NCBI GenBank assembly: GCA_016208765.1
Contig: JACQXK010000032.1
Coordinates: 118,385 to 182,384 of the forward strand
Direction: 5' to 3'
DNA from: Candidatus Omnitrophota bacterium
Lineage (GTDB): Bacteria > Omnitrophota > Gorgyraeia > Gygaellales > Profunditerraquicolaceae
Length of the DNA: 64,000 nt
Both the position numbers and the translations under genes were made by a program. Below the pieces are notes generated by a model. The model had not been told where the DNA came from and searched no databases. It worked only from the letters and a program-made list of their open reading frames with translations. This document shows, piece after piece, positions 1-8,851 of this stretch; positions within the stretch are counted from its first letter, which is position 1; every line of letters starts with the position of its first letter.

Positions 1-474
1 AAAAGGCATAGCCCCTGCTTTGGCAAAACAAGCTGCAGCAATCAATAAATACGCCGCCAAACCCAGGCCTGAAGAATTGCCTGTCAAAGAAATATTGATC
101 TCATCCATTTGAATTGAACCGGAGAGAAAATATAAAATACTTATTCCCAATAACATTAACGCATCAGTCCCGCCGACAATCACAAATGTTTTCTTAGCGG
201 CTAAATTCGCTCCTTCCCCCCCAAGGTTTACCAAAAGATACAAAGTTAAACCTAAAATCCCCCAGAAGAATAGCAACAACACAAGATTATTAGTCAAGAC
301 AGCGCCTATAGCGCAAATTGCGGTAATTACCATATAAAGGTAATATTGAACAAGCCCGCGCTTTGCCTGCATAAATTTGGAAGAATAAACAAGGGCTAAC
401 ACCGTAAAAAAACCAATCGCCAGGACTACAAATCCATTAAGGCTGTCTAATTTAAACAACTGGAAAAAGTTCAT
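1..474 (-). CDS. NuoL/MnhA(Mrp)-like antiporter-type membrane subunit of group-4 hydrogenase; 5' part only, 3' end beyond window edge
   Basis: Not in ORF track because it runs off the window. Rev-comp translation from ATG (474..472) reads MNFFQLFKLDSLNGFVVLAIGFFTVLALVYSSKFMQAK..., continuously hydrophobic and multi-TM. The ATG overlaps the TGA of the upstream large-subunit gene (ATGA). Confidence 0.5.
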   Translation of the reverse strand, partial: MNFFQLFKLDSLNGFVVLAIGFFTVLALVYSSKFMQAKRGLVQYYLYMVITAICAIGAVLTNNLVLLLFFWGILGLTLYLLVNLGGEGANLAAKKTFVIVGGTDALMLLGISILYFLSGSIQMDEINISLTGNSSGLGLAAYLLIAAACFAKAGAMPF

Positions 475-1667
475 TTTAATAAATTCTCTTTTATCTTATT
501 GGTTTTTTCCTGAGATAACTTGATCAAATCCCAACCATTGAGGATCTTCTTATTATCAGGTTTATTAATTACCGTCACTCTTTCTGTACAGCAATAGCAT
601 GGATCAACCGCAGCCAATGTAAGAGTGGCGTCAGAAATCGTCCCTCCTACTGCAGAAACCTTATCTGAGGCAACGTTCATAAAACTAGGCGCCCGTATTT
701 TGTGCCGTATCGGGCGGTTTGTTCCGTCGGACCTTATGTAATGAAAACATTCCCCGCGCGGCGCTTCAACCCTGCCAATACCTTCTCCGGCAGGAATATC
801 TTTTATGTCCGCGTCAATAGGGCCTTTTGGCATTTTATCCAAACACTGGCGTATAATACCTACACACTCGTATAACTCTAAAATTCTTACTACGGTCTTT
901 GCAAAAATATCACCTTCTTTTTCAATAATCACGTTCCAGTCTACCTTATCATATGCACCATATGGATCGTCTCTTCTAACGTCAATATTTAAACCTGAAG
1001 CCCTGGCAGTAGGCCCAACAACGCACCAATCAATAACTTGCTGCTTGGTTAAAACACCGACATCTTTAAGGCGCGCCTGAATTACCGGATCATCCATCAC
1101 AGCTCCCTTAAACATATCCACTGCCGGAACCAGTTCGTCTAAAGTTTTCTTAAGGATAGGAATATCTTCATCTTTAATATCTCTACGTACTCCGCCCACT
1201 TTAAACATGGCATAATTATTACGATTTCCGGTAATCATTTCAAACATATCCAGAATCGGCTCGCGATATTTCCAGGCCCACATCCAAACTGTATTATAAC
1301 CAATAAAATGCCCGGCAAGCCCCAACCAAAGAAGGTGGCTATGAATACGCTCCAACTCGTTAGTAATTGTTCTAATATATAGCGCACGCTCTGGCACCAC
1401 CAGAGACTCTCCTCCGAGAATATTCTCAACTGCCAAAACATATGCATAAGGATGGCTTGATGAACAAATACCGCAGATGCGCTCCACAAGAAAAGCTACC
1501 TGATCAAAATGCTTTGATTCAGATAATTTCTCTATCCCGCGGTGGTTATAACCGATAATAATATCAATATCAACGACCTTCTCCCCTTCAACATAAAGCT
1601 GAAAGAACTCTGGCTCTTCCTGCAAAGGATGATACGGGCCTATCGGGACAATTACTTTATGCGACAT
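471..1667 (-). CDS. [NiFe] hydrogenase large subunit, group 4 (NuoD/EchE/MbhL-like)
   Basis: N-terminal RICGICSSSH (RxCGxCxxxH Ni-Fe ligand motif) and C-terminal DPCYCCTER (DPCxxCxxR, the group-4 variant). Length about 398 aa. I chose the start at M14 (MSHKV..., ATG 1667..1665) because it sits 2 nt after the upstream gene's TAA with a purine-rich RBS; the track start at 1706 would overlap by 37 nt. Confidence 0.85.
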   Translation of the reverse strand: MSHKVIVPIGPYHPLQEEPEFFQLYVEGEKVVDIDIIIGYNHRGIEKLSESKHFDQVAFLVERICGICSSSHPYAYVLAVENILGGESLVVPERALYIRTITNELERIHSHLLWLGLAGHFIGYNTVWMWAWKYREPILDMFEMITGNRNNYAMFKVGGVRRDIKDEDIPILKKTLDELVPAVDMFKGAVMDDPVIQARLKDVGVLTKQQVIDWCVVGPTARASGLNIDVRRDDPYGAYDKVDWNVIIEKEGDIFAKTVVRILELYECVGIIRQCLDKMPKGPIDADIKDIPAGEGIGRVEAPRGECFHYIRSDGTNRPIRHKIRAPSFMNVASDKVSAVGGTISDATLTLAAVDPCYCCTERVTVINKPDNKKILNGWDLIKLSQEKTNKIKENLLK

Positions 1668-1669
1668 AT

Positions 1670-2095
1670 TTACTCTCTTCTTAAAGGATATTTGCCTTCC
1701 GGCCACTCATCAGCCAGCAATAGGCGTTTTAAATTTGGATGCCCGACGAACTTAATTCCCAGCATCTCCCACATCTCGCGCTCAATCCACTCAGCTCCGG
1801 GGAAAAGCGGGGTAATTGATTTCACCTGAGGGTCATTTTTATCCTGGATTAAAATCCTGACAGAAAACATTTCTCCTGTCTGATCAAAACTAAAATGATA
1901 AAGTATTTCAAGCCCCTGCAAAGTATCTACTCCGGAGGCCGTAGAAAACCTTAATCCCAAATCCTTAAATAAAAACCTGACCACTTCAAAAATATCTTCT
2001 GGTTTAACTGAAAAATAAATCCTTCTTACAGTCTTCTCTTCCCAGCTAACAATTTTTCCTGCAAGGCCTTCCTTTATCCTATCCTTTGTTTCCAT
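1670..2095 (-). CDS. NuoC/30-kDa-like hydrogenase subunit (EchD/MbhK-like)
   Basis: 141 aa with typical NuoC-family core (...FSFDQTGEMFSVRILI...ITPLFPGAEWIEREMWEMLGIKFVGHP). Sits between the small-subunit and large-subunit genes. Confidence 0.75.
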   Translation of the reverse strand: METKDRIKEGLAGKIVSWEEKTVRRIYFSVKPEDIFEVVRFLFKDLGLRFSTASGVDTLQGLEILYHFSFDQTGEMFSVRILIQDKNDPQVKSITPLFPGAEWIEREMWEMLGIKFVGHPNLKRLLLADEWPEGKYPLRRE

Positions 2096-2098
2096 AAG

Positions 2099-2524
2099 TT
2101 ATTTCTCCCCCCGGATTTTCTTTACCAATTTTACAATCCCGTCAATAATTGCCTCGGGCCTTGGCGGGCAGCCAGGAATATAGACATCAACAGGAAGGAT
2201 AGAATCAAGCGGGCCTTCAACATTGTAACTATCCTTAAACATGTGCTGAGAAAGCGCGCACTGGCCCACAGCCACGACCACACACGGCTTTGGGGCCTGC
2301 TCATAAATCTTTTTCATCTTTGGCACAGACTTTTTGTTCATTGCTCCGGTAATTAACAGCGCATCGGCATGGCGCACAGAACCAACCAACTGGATCCCAA
2401 ACCGCTCTAAATCAAAACGCGGAGTCAGGCAGTCAAGGATCTCAATATCGCAATTATTGCAGCTCCCTGCGCTAACATGAAAAACCCAGATTGATTTAGT
2501 TAAAGCCTTTAGTTTAAGGTTCAT
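2099..2524 (-). CDS. [NiFe] hydrogenase small subunit, group 4 (NuoB/EchC/MbhJ-like)
   Basis: 141 aa with Cys ligands for the proximal 4Fe-4S cluster (SAGSCNNC...C...GCPP) in NuoB-family spacing. Confidence 0.8.
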   Translation of the reverse strand: MNLKLKALTKSIWVFHVSAGSCNNCDIEILDCLTPRFDLERFGIQLVGSVRHADALLITGAMNKKSVPKMKKIYEQAPKPCVVVAVGQCALSQHMFKDSYNVEGPLDSILPVDVYIPGCPPRPEAIIDGIVKLVKKIRGEK

Positions 2525-3441
2525 TTTCCGAATATAGCCAGCACCACCGCGATTACCGACAGAACAGTTGGAACCCTCCAGAAAAACCTCATTGCCTGGT
2601 CAATGCGTAAGCGCGGGTTAGTGTTTTTAATCAAAATAATTATTACTAAAATCCCCACAAACTTTAAGATCACAAATAACGGGCTTAAGTCCCTTCCTAT
2701 AAATAAAATAATCACAAACAGGGGCATTGTATAAAGCATGACTGCCTTTGTCAATTTAAATAAGGCCAATCCTAATCCTGAATATTCAATTAAAGCCCCG
2801 CCCATAATCTCCTGTTCAGCTTCTGAGGCATCAAAAGGAACAAGCCCAAGTTTTGCCTGCATGCAAAAAATAATGGACACAAATGCCAAGAATCCTGAAA
2901 AAGAAAAAACGTTTGAACCAAAGAACAACTGATGGTTAATAACTTTTCCTAATTGGATTGCGCCGGAACTTTTGATGATCATCGCAATAACCGCTAAAAT
3001 AAAAGGCAGCTCATAAGCTAAAACCATCTTCATTTCACGCGATGCCCCTACCGAAGCCAGGGGGTTGCGCGACGCAGAAGCCCCTAAAATAATTGCCACA
3101 GCCGGCACAAGCAAAAGATACAGAACAACGATTAGATCAGAAGAAAAACTTTTATCAGGATTCAAAATACTCCAACCTAAAATTGCCGCCACTAAACTTG
3201 CGCTTAAAAAGCCTAAAAAAGGAGATAGTAAGAAGGTAAATTTACCGCCTTGAGGGAAAATTGTTTCTTTCCCTGATAATTTAATAATATCCGTAAAGTT
3301 CTGGTGCCACGGAGGGCCAACCCTCCACTGCAGGCGCGCAGAAACCTTCCTGTCTATCCATCCGGCCATTAATCCGGCAAAAACACTAAACAGCAACCCC
3401 GGAAAAACCAAATAGTTAAATACAGATTTAAGTATTTCCAT
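2521..3441 (-). CDS. NuoH-like membrane subunit (EchB/MbhM/HycD-like)
   Basis: Polytopic membrane protein with an RLQWRVGPPW-like motif of NuoH/HycD. Start moved to M26 (ATG 3441..3439) to give the usual 4-nt spacing after the ferredoxin stop (3445..3443); the track start at 3516 would overlap by 74 nt. Confidence 0.7.
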   Translation of the reverse strand: MEILKSVFNYLVFPGLLFSVFAGLMAGWIDRKVSARLQWRVGPPWHQNFTDIIKLSGKETIFPQGGKFTFLLSPFLGFLSASLVAAILGWSILNPDKSFSSDLIVVLYLLLVPAVAIILGASASRNPLASVGASREMKMVLAYELPFILAVIAMIIKSSGAIQLGKVINHQLFFGSNVFSFSGFLAFVSIIFCMQAKLGLVPFDASEAEQEIMGGALIEYSGLGLALFKLTKAVMLYTMPLFVIILFIGRDLSPLFVILKFVGILVIIILIKNTNPRLRIDQAMRFFWRVPTVLSVIAVVLAIFGK

Positions 3442-3442
3442 A

Positions 3443-3937
3443 TTATCTTTTCTTCGGCGGCTGAACATCCTCGCGAGACCACTTGATGCTATGTACCGCC
3501 AGATGCTCACCGACAAAATAAATATTCTTTTCTAAATCTTCGCTTACTTCTTTAACCTCTATTGCCTTCTCCGGGCAGCTAACTGCGCATTTGGGCAATT
3601 CTTTTCCAGCGCCAAGGCAATAATCGCACTTAGAATCAAGATACGGAATAAAATCCTGAAAGATAATCCCAAAGGGACAGGCAACTGTGCAGGATTTGCA
3701 ACTCGTGCAGCGCATTTTATAACGTTTTAGATGCCCGTCTGTTGCGCGCTCCAAAGCCTTATGATAGCAGGCATTGACGCAAGGAGCGTCTTCACAATGC
3801 CGGCAGATTGTGGCAAATGTTGCATACTCCCGCAAAGAAGAAATCCCATTATTCTGCGGGTGATAAAAATAATCACAGGCAACTTTACATTCTTCACAAC
3901 TATTGCATTTGTCTAAATCTATGAACAATCTTTTCAT
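3443..3937 (-). CDS. poly-ferredoxin (multiple 4Fe-4S clusters), electron-transfer subunit
   Basis: 164 aa with about 16 Cys arranged as repeated CxxCxxCxxxC(P) motifs (CNSCEECKVAC, CRHCEDAPCVNAC, CTSCKSCTVACP, CDYC...CAVSCP). Confidence 0.8.
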   Translation of the reverse strand: MKRLFIDLDKCNSCEECKVACDYFYHPQNNGISSLREYATFATICRHCEDAPCVNACYHKALERATDGHLKRYKMRCTSCKSCTVACPFGIIFQDFIPYLDSKCDYCLGAGKELPKCAVSCPEKAIEVKEVSEDLEKNIYFVGEHLAVHSIKWSREDVQPPKKR

Positions 3938-3974
3938 TTTTCGTTTATCGCTTTGGCTTTAAGTTTTTCGCTTT

Positions 3975-4793
3975 CTAATCCCAGATATCGTGATTATCCT
4001 TTAACTCTTCAAATGTAAACACCGGGCCGTCTTTACAGGCATAAAATTTACCAACCCTGCAATGCCCGCATTTACCCAAACCGCAAGACATGCTTTTTTC
4101 CATAGACAAATAAATATCCTTAGGCTTGAATCCCAATTCCAGCAACTTTAAAGTAACAAACTTCATCATAATTGGCGGGCCGCAAACCACTCCCACGGCC
4201 TTATTTAAATCTATAGACAAATCTTTTAAAATTGTAGTAACCAGCCCCACATTCCCCTGCCAGCTGGAATCCCCGACATCTACAGTAAACATGATATCCG
4301 TCTTCTTGTTCTTAGACCATGCCGGAACAAGATTTTTGTAAATAATATCGGCGGATGTTCTCGCCCCATAACGTAAAACTACTCTATTATAATTATCCAT
4401 GTCCCCAAATAAACTATACAGCAAAGAACGCAAGGGCGCCAATCCCACGCCTCCACCGACGATTAAAACATCCTTGCCCTTAAATTTATCCAGTGGATAC
4501 CCTTTGCCATAAGGCCCGCGAATCCCGAGAGAATCGCCTTTTTTTAAAGAATGCAATTTCTCTGTTACGCAACCGGCTTTAACAATAGTAACTTCAAATT
4601 TATCTTTAATTCCCGGGTCGGATGAAGGCGTAAAAGGCGCTTCCCCAATCCCAGGCACAGTTAATTCAACAAACTGCCCGGTACAAAAAGAAAATTCTTG
4701 TTTCGGCCGCAGCACAAAAGTCTTGATCAGGGCAGTTTCCTGAATAACGTCCTCAATTATTGCCTCAAACGGCTGATAAATATTTTTCTTCAT
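3975..4793 (-). CDS. FAD/NAD(P)-binding oxidoreductase with C-terminal 2Fe-2S (sulfhydrogenase gamma HydG / AsrB / PyrK-like)
   Basis: 272 aa with an FNR-like fold (GxxxE/T..P, LIVGGGVGLAPL NAD-binding loop) and a C-terminal CGLGKCGHC...C cluster motif typical of the PyrK/AsrB/HydG family. Confidence 0.75.
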   Translation of the reverse strand: MKKNIYQPFEAIIEDVIQETALIKTFVLRPKQEFSFCTGQFVELTVPGIGEAPFTPSSDPGIKDKFEVTIVKAGCVTEKLHSLKKGDSLGIRGPYGKGYPLDKFKGKDVLIVGGGVGLAPLRSLLYSLFGDMDNYNRVVLRYGARTSADIIYKNLVPAWSKNKKTDIMFTVDVGDSSWQGNVGLVTTILKDLSIDLNKAVGVVCGPPIMMKFVTLKLLELGFKPKDIYLSMEKSMSCGLGKCGHCRVGKFYACKDGPVFTFEELKDNHDIWD

Positions 4794-5859
4794 ATAATTT
4801 TCTCAAAATATAACGGATATCAATCTTTCCCGGACAAACATCAATACACCTACCGCACCCGCAGCAGCCTTGTATGCCTAAATTATCAACAAAAAAATCA
4901 AACTTTTTTAAATAACGGTTGCGTAAACGCATATAACGCATCTTTAAAGGATTCGCCCCTCCGGCTACCCGTGAGAAATTCTTAAACATACATCCATCCC
5001 AAAGCCGCAACCTCTTGGCATTATCACCTGCAGGCTCGTCTGAAAGTAAAAAACAATGGCAGGTATCGCACATGAACACGCACCCGCCGCATTCAACACA
5101 GGTCTGCATCTGTTCATCCCAGACCTTGGAATTCAATCCGGAAAGCACAATCTCCTTTAGGACATCTTTCTTGGGAATCTTGTGGCAGGAAAGATGCTCA
5201 TCCATTTTCTTGATTACATTTTCCCTTTTCGCCGCCCTGCCCGAGGTTTGCCCCAAGCCAGCCGCAACAAAAATGTCTTTTAAAGAATCCGTAATGCGCC
5301 TTGCTTTATCCGAGGCAACATCTACAAGAAAACCTCCGGTAAGCGGAGAAAGATTAAAATCAAAACCCTCAGAAGCGTGAGGATTAATATCAAATGCCCG
5401 GCAAAAACAGGCTTCCTTAAAATTAGGACAATCACTGGAAATAATCAGGGCGTTTGATCTTCTTTCCTGGTATAGAGGATCTATTTCATTACCACCTAAA
5501 AAAACAAAATCCTGGATTTTTAATGAAAAAATATCACAATTCTTAACTCCGCAGATAGCCGGAGGTTTTTCCTGATTGTTTTGCGGTTGGTCCTTAAAAT
5601 AAGTGCAGGTTTCTTCCTTTATATAGGTAAGAAATGTGCGGATTGGCTCAATGCAACGGTAATCGTTATAAACTATATCTTCTTTATTTACTTCTGAAAA
5701 CTTCCTGAGGGCATAGTCATCGCTGGGCAGATTAAACCCGTAATCACATTTAATGCGGGAAGATGTTTCTACTCTCACAGGCACAAAGAGCTCGTATTCT
5801 TGTGCTATACGGTTGTAGAATTTAAAGACATCCTCGTCTTTTAGAAAATACGTTTCCAT
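4765..5859 (-). CDS. Fe-S subunit of the sulfhydrogenase beta (HydB) / anaerobic sulfite reductase AsrA family
   Basis: 364 aa with many Cys, including CVECGGCVFMCDTCHC and CCGCGRCIDVCP ferredoxin-like motifs. Size and Cys pattern match HydB/AsrA-type proteins that pair with the gamma/AsrB subunit; it is the first gene of the operon. Confidence 0.6.
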   Translation of the reverse strand: METYFLKDEDVFKFYNRIAQEYELFVPVRVETSSRIKCDYGFNLPSDDYALRKFSEVNKEDIVYNDYRCIEPIRTFLTYIKEETCTYFKDQPQNNQEKPPAICGVKNCDIFSLKIQDFVFLGGNEIDPLYQERRSNALIISSDCPNFKEACFCRAFDINPHASEGFDFNLSPLTGGFLVDVASDKARRITDSLKDIFVAAGLGQTSGRAAKRENVIKKMDEHLSCHKIPKKDVLKEIVLSGLNSKVWDEQMQTCVECGGCVFMCDTCHCFLLSDEPAGDNAKRLRLWDGCMFKNFSRVAGGANPLKMRYMRLRNRYLKKFDFFVDNLGIQGCCGCGRCIDVCPGKIDIRYILRKLYEEKYLSAV

Positions 5860-5934
5860 GCAGCAAAAACCTATATTTAGAGATTTTAGGAATGAAAATT
5901 ACAAAGACTGCTCGGCAATCTTTAAGAAGCTATT

Positions 5935-5964
5935 AAAATACCACACAAAAAAACAATTGTCTAC
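5935..5964 (-). promoter_or_regulatory. candidate sigma70-type promoter for the hydrogenase operon
   Basis: On the minus strand, TAGACA-N18-TATTTT lies about 75-105 nt upstream of the ATG at 5859. The -35 is a weak match. Confidence 0.2.
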
Positions 5965-5971
5965 TAAAATT

Positions 5972-6421
5972 TCAGGATTTTTGCAGCCTTTCCCTGACTA
6001 AGTCGCTTACAAGCTTGCCATCAGCCTGGCCACTGACCTTGGCATTGACCTCTTTCATTACCTTGCCCATATCTTTCATGCCGCAAGCAGAAGTAGCAAC
6101 TACAACTTCTTCAATGATCTTCTTAATTTCATCCGCAGAGATCTCCGGCGGCAGATACGATTTTAAAACTTCCATCTCTTTCTTTTCTTTTTCTGCCATC
6201 TCAAGGCGGTTTCCTTTAGTAAATTGCTCAATAGAATCCTGCCTTTGCTTTATCTGCTTCTTAATCACAGAGACCACCTCTGGGTCATCAAGTTTATCTT
6301 TCTTTTTGGCAACCGCAACATTAAGCATATCCGCGCGCAAAAAACTCAACACAGAACTCTTAACCGCATCTCTTGATTTCATTGCCTCTTTATAATCACT
6401 TAAAATCTTCTCCTCAAACAT
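5972..6421 (-). CDS. yqeY: GatB/YqeY domain protein
   Basis: 149 aa, Lys/Glu-rich helical protein with the YqeY-family layout (N-terminal ...DYKEAMKSRD..., C-terminal ...GKVMKEVNAKVSGQADGKLVSDLVRE). Confidence 0.7.
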   Translation of the reverse strand: MFEEKILSDYKEAMKSRDAVKSSVLSFLRADMLNVAVAKKKDKLDDPEVVSVIKKQIKQRQDSIEQFTKGNRLEMAEKEKKEMEVLKSYLPPEISADEIKKIIEEVVVATSACGMKDMGKVMKEVNAKVSGQADGKLVSDLVRERLQKS

Positions 6422-6493
6422 TTTTATCTCCTTCCCGCTTCCTCATATTCTCAATTTTTAACAAATTTTAAATTTGGTATTTTTATCTTTTCT

Positions 6494-7393
6494 TTAAAAA
6501 TGAAAGCATTTTTTGAATTGTCCAAGGCGCTCCTCCAGATCTCTAAGTTTCAATTTACCTGTCTTTTCAACACCAAACCCTTCAACATTAAGCGATGCAG
6601 CCACTGTCCCGTAGGCGAGTGCACGTTTTAAAGATAGTTGATCCAACTTTTGTACCTTTGCCAGATAACCCATAAACCCGCCTGCAAAAGTATCCCCTGC
6701 CCCTGTTGGGTCAATTACTTTATCCGTCGGATAAGCAGGCAGAGACAAAATAAATTTATCCGAATAAAACAAAACCCCATGCTCGCCTTTTTTAATTAAA
6801 ACCATCTTTGGCCCCATGGCATGCAAGGCTTTGGCTGCCTTAATTAAATGCGTTTCCTGGGAAAGCGAACGCGCCTCCTGGTCGTTGGCAACATATATAT
6901 CTACATATTTTAAAAGCCGGATAAGCTGGGCCTTTTTGTGATGAATCCAGAAATTCATACTATCTACACCCAAAAGACGCGGCTTAGACATGCTTTCTAA
7001 AACGTGCATTTGAATTTCAGGGTCAAGGTTAGCCAAGAAAACATATTTAGTCTTTCTTTGCTCAGGCGTAAGCTCGGGGCGAAAAGCTGCTAATACCCCT
7101 AATTCAGTACGCAAGGTGTTAGCGCTGTTTAAATCCCCCACATATTCGCCTTCCCATTTAAAACACGGCCCTTCTTCACAGACAACAGAAGCGGTATTAA
7201 TTCCCCTTTGTTCCAAAAATTTAATGTGCTTTTGGGGAAAATCTTTTCCCACAACCGCAACCAGGCTTACTTTTGTAAAAAGGCGCGCTGACATGGAAAA
7301 ATGAACAGCTGAACCGCCAAGCATAAGCTCGCGTTTTCCAAAAGGGGTCTTTACGGTATCTAATGCCACAGTCCCTAATACAATAATACTCAT
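6494..7393 (-). CDS. PfkB-family carbohydrate/nucleoside kinase (ribokinase-like)
   Basis: C-terminal DPTGAGDTFAGGF motif (PfkB signature 2) and an N-terminal GG-type motif. 299 aa. Confidence 0.8.
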   Translation of the reverse strand: MSIIVLGTVALDTVKTPFGKRELMLGGSAVHFSMSARLFTKVSLVAVVGKDFPQKHIKFLEQRGINTASVVCEEGPCFKWEGEYVGDLNSANTLRTELGVLAAFRPELTPEQRKTKYVFLANLDPEIQMHVLESMSKPRLLGVDSMNFWIHHKKAQLIRLLKYVDIYVANDQEARSLSQETHLIKAAKALHAMGPKMVLIKKGEHGVLFYSDKFILSLPAYPTDKVIDPTGAGDTFAGGFMGYLAKVQKLDQLSLKRALAYGTVAASLNVEGFGVEKTGKLKLRDLEERLGQFKKCFHF

Positions 7394-7417
7394 GACTCAC
7401 CTTTCTTTATTCTACGG

Positions 7418-8158
7418 TTAAACAAATAACAAGGTAATTATCGCTAATATAATACAATAATACGCAAAATACTGCAACTTTGCTTTCTTTAACGCCTGCC
7501 TGAAGAGCCAAAGCGCAAATAATCCGAATACAAAACTTGCCAGAAAGCCTGCTGCGACATTTCCAAACTGATTAGCCGCAACACAACTGATATCTTTTAA
7601 CTCTAACAGCGCCGCCCCCATGATCGCAGGAATTGCCGCTAAAAAAGAAAAGCGGAAACTCTCCTCTTTAGAGATACCGCGAAACAAAAGCGTAGAAACC
7701 GTGATCCCTGAACGGGATATTCCCGGCACAATAGCAATACCCTGCGTAATACCCAAAATAAAAGCATCTTTGAAACTTACCTTTTCGCGCTTAGCCTGCA
7801 TAAATCTCGCTGCAAAGAACAATACTCCCGCCGTAATAAACCATGAAAACGCTACAAGTTTAGGCGAAGAGAATAATTTTTCAAAAAAGTCCTTCCCTGA
7901 AAGGCCGATAACTCCGGTAATAAGAGTTATCAAACCAATTAGCATGACGGATTTTAAATCACGGAACAATTTTAAGATATCCCTAAAAAAGAAAACTAAC
8001 AAAGACAAAACTGTTCCTAAATGCAAAACAACCGAAACAGCTATAGTCCCGGTTTGCATACCAAATAATTTCTGCGCCACCACCAAATGCCCGGAACTGC
8101 TCACCGGAAGAAACTCTGTCAAGCCCTGAATAATACCTAATAATATGAATTTAATCAT
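7418..8158 (-). CDS. uppP: undecaprenyl-diphosphate phosphatase
   Basis: N-terminal GLTEFLPVSSSGHL is the UppP/BacA signature. 246-aa polytopic membrane protein. Confidence 0.9.
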   Translation of the reverse strand: MIKFILLGIIQGLTEFLPVSSSGHLVVAQKLFGMQTGTIAVSVVLHLGTVLSLLVFFFRDILKLFRDLKSVMLIGLITLITGVIGLSGKDFFEKLFSSPKLVAFSWFITAGVLFFAARFMQAKREKVSFKDAFILGITQGIAIVPGISRSGITVSTLLFRGISKEESFRFSFLAAIPAIMGAALLELKDISCVAANQFGNVAAGFLASFVFGLFALWLFRQALKKAKLQYFAYYCIILAIITLLFV

Positions 8159-8208
8159 GACAAGAATAACTGCTCCTTTCTTAGGACAATAAATGTTTTG
8201 GGCATAAA

Positions 8209-8850
8209 TTAAACACTGCCTTCTGCAGGTTTTTTATCTACCAATTTCTTCATATCCTCGGGCAAATCTAACGACAACTGAATAAACTTGCCTGAAACCG
8301 GATGTTTAAATTCCAGCTTTTTTGCCTGCAAACAAAGGCGTTTAGACCTTAATTTAAAATCACGACGGAAGGAAAATTTATCCTCCCCCACAACAGGATG
8401 TCCAATCTGAGAAAAGTGGATCCTGATCTGATTCGTGCGCCCGGTAATCGGTTCTACTTCTAAAACGCTAAAATTATTTTTCTCCTTAATCAACTTGTAT
8501 CTTGTCTGGGCAGGTTTTCTTTCAATAGGAATATTTATTTCACCTGCTGCTTTAGCAATATGCCCCTGTACAAAAGCAATATATGTTTTTTTTATTTTTC
8601 TTTGATGGAACAAATCCATCATCTTTTTTTGGACCGATTTACCCTTGGCGTAAATAATTAAACCGGAGGTCTGGCGGTCAAGACGATGGCAGGGGTGCAA
8701 ACGATAAGAAATATTTCTTTCTATTAAATCTTGATTGAGAATGCTCGTGAGGGTTCGTGGCTCATTTTTGGGAGAGGGGATAGTTAACAGCCCTTGTGGT
8801 TTATCTAAAACCACAAGCCATTCGTCCTCGTAAATAACGGGGATATTCAT
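8209..8850 (-). CDS. RluA-family pseudouridine synthase
   Basis: HRLDRQTSGLIIYAKG catalytic motif (HRLD...SG) and VLDKPQGLLT. 213 aa, lacks an S4 domain. Confidence 0.8.
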   Translation of the reverse strand: MNIPVIYEDEWLVVLDKPQGLLTIPSPKNEPRTLTSILNQDLIERNISYRLHPCHRLDRQTSGLIIYAKGKSVQKKMMDLFHQRKIKKTYIAFVQGHIAKAAGEINIPIERKPAQTRYKLIKEKNNFSVLEVEPITGRTNQIRIHFSQIGHPVVGEDKFSFRRDFKLRSKRLCLQAKKLEFKHPVSGKFIQLSLDLPEDMKKLVDKKPAEGSV

Positions 8851-8851
8851 C

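Noticed and set aside
805-1080. Plus-strand ORFs of 60-170 aa throughout the window (for example 805..1080, 7620..8129, 14620..15051, 36534..36917)
   Set aside because: All lie antisense inside well-supported minus-strand genes. They have low-complexity or Ser/Pro/Thr-rich translations typical of shadow frames in AT-rich DNA, with no RBS or motif.
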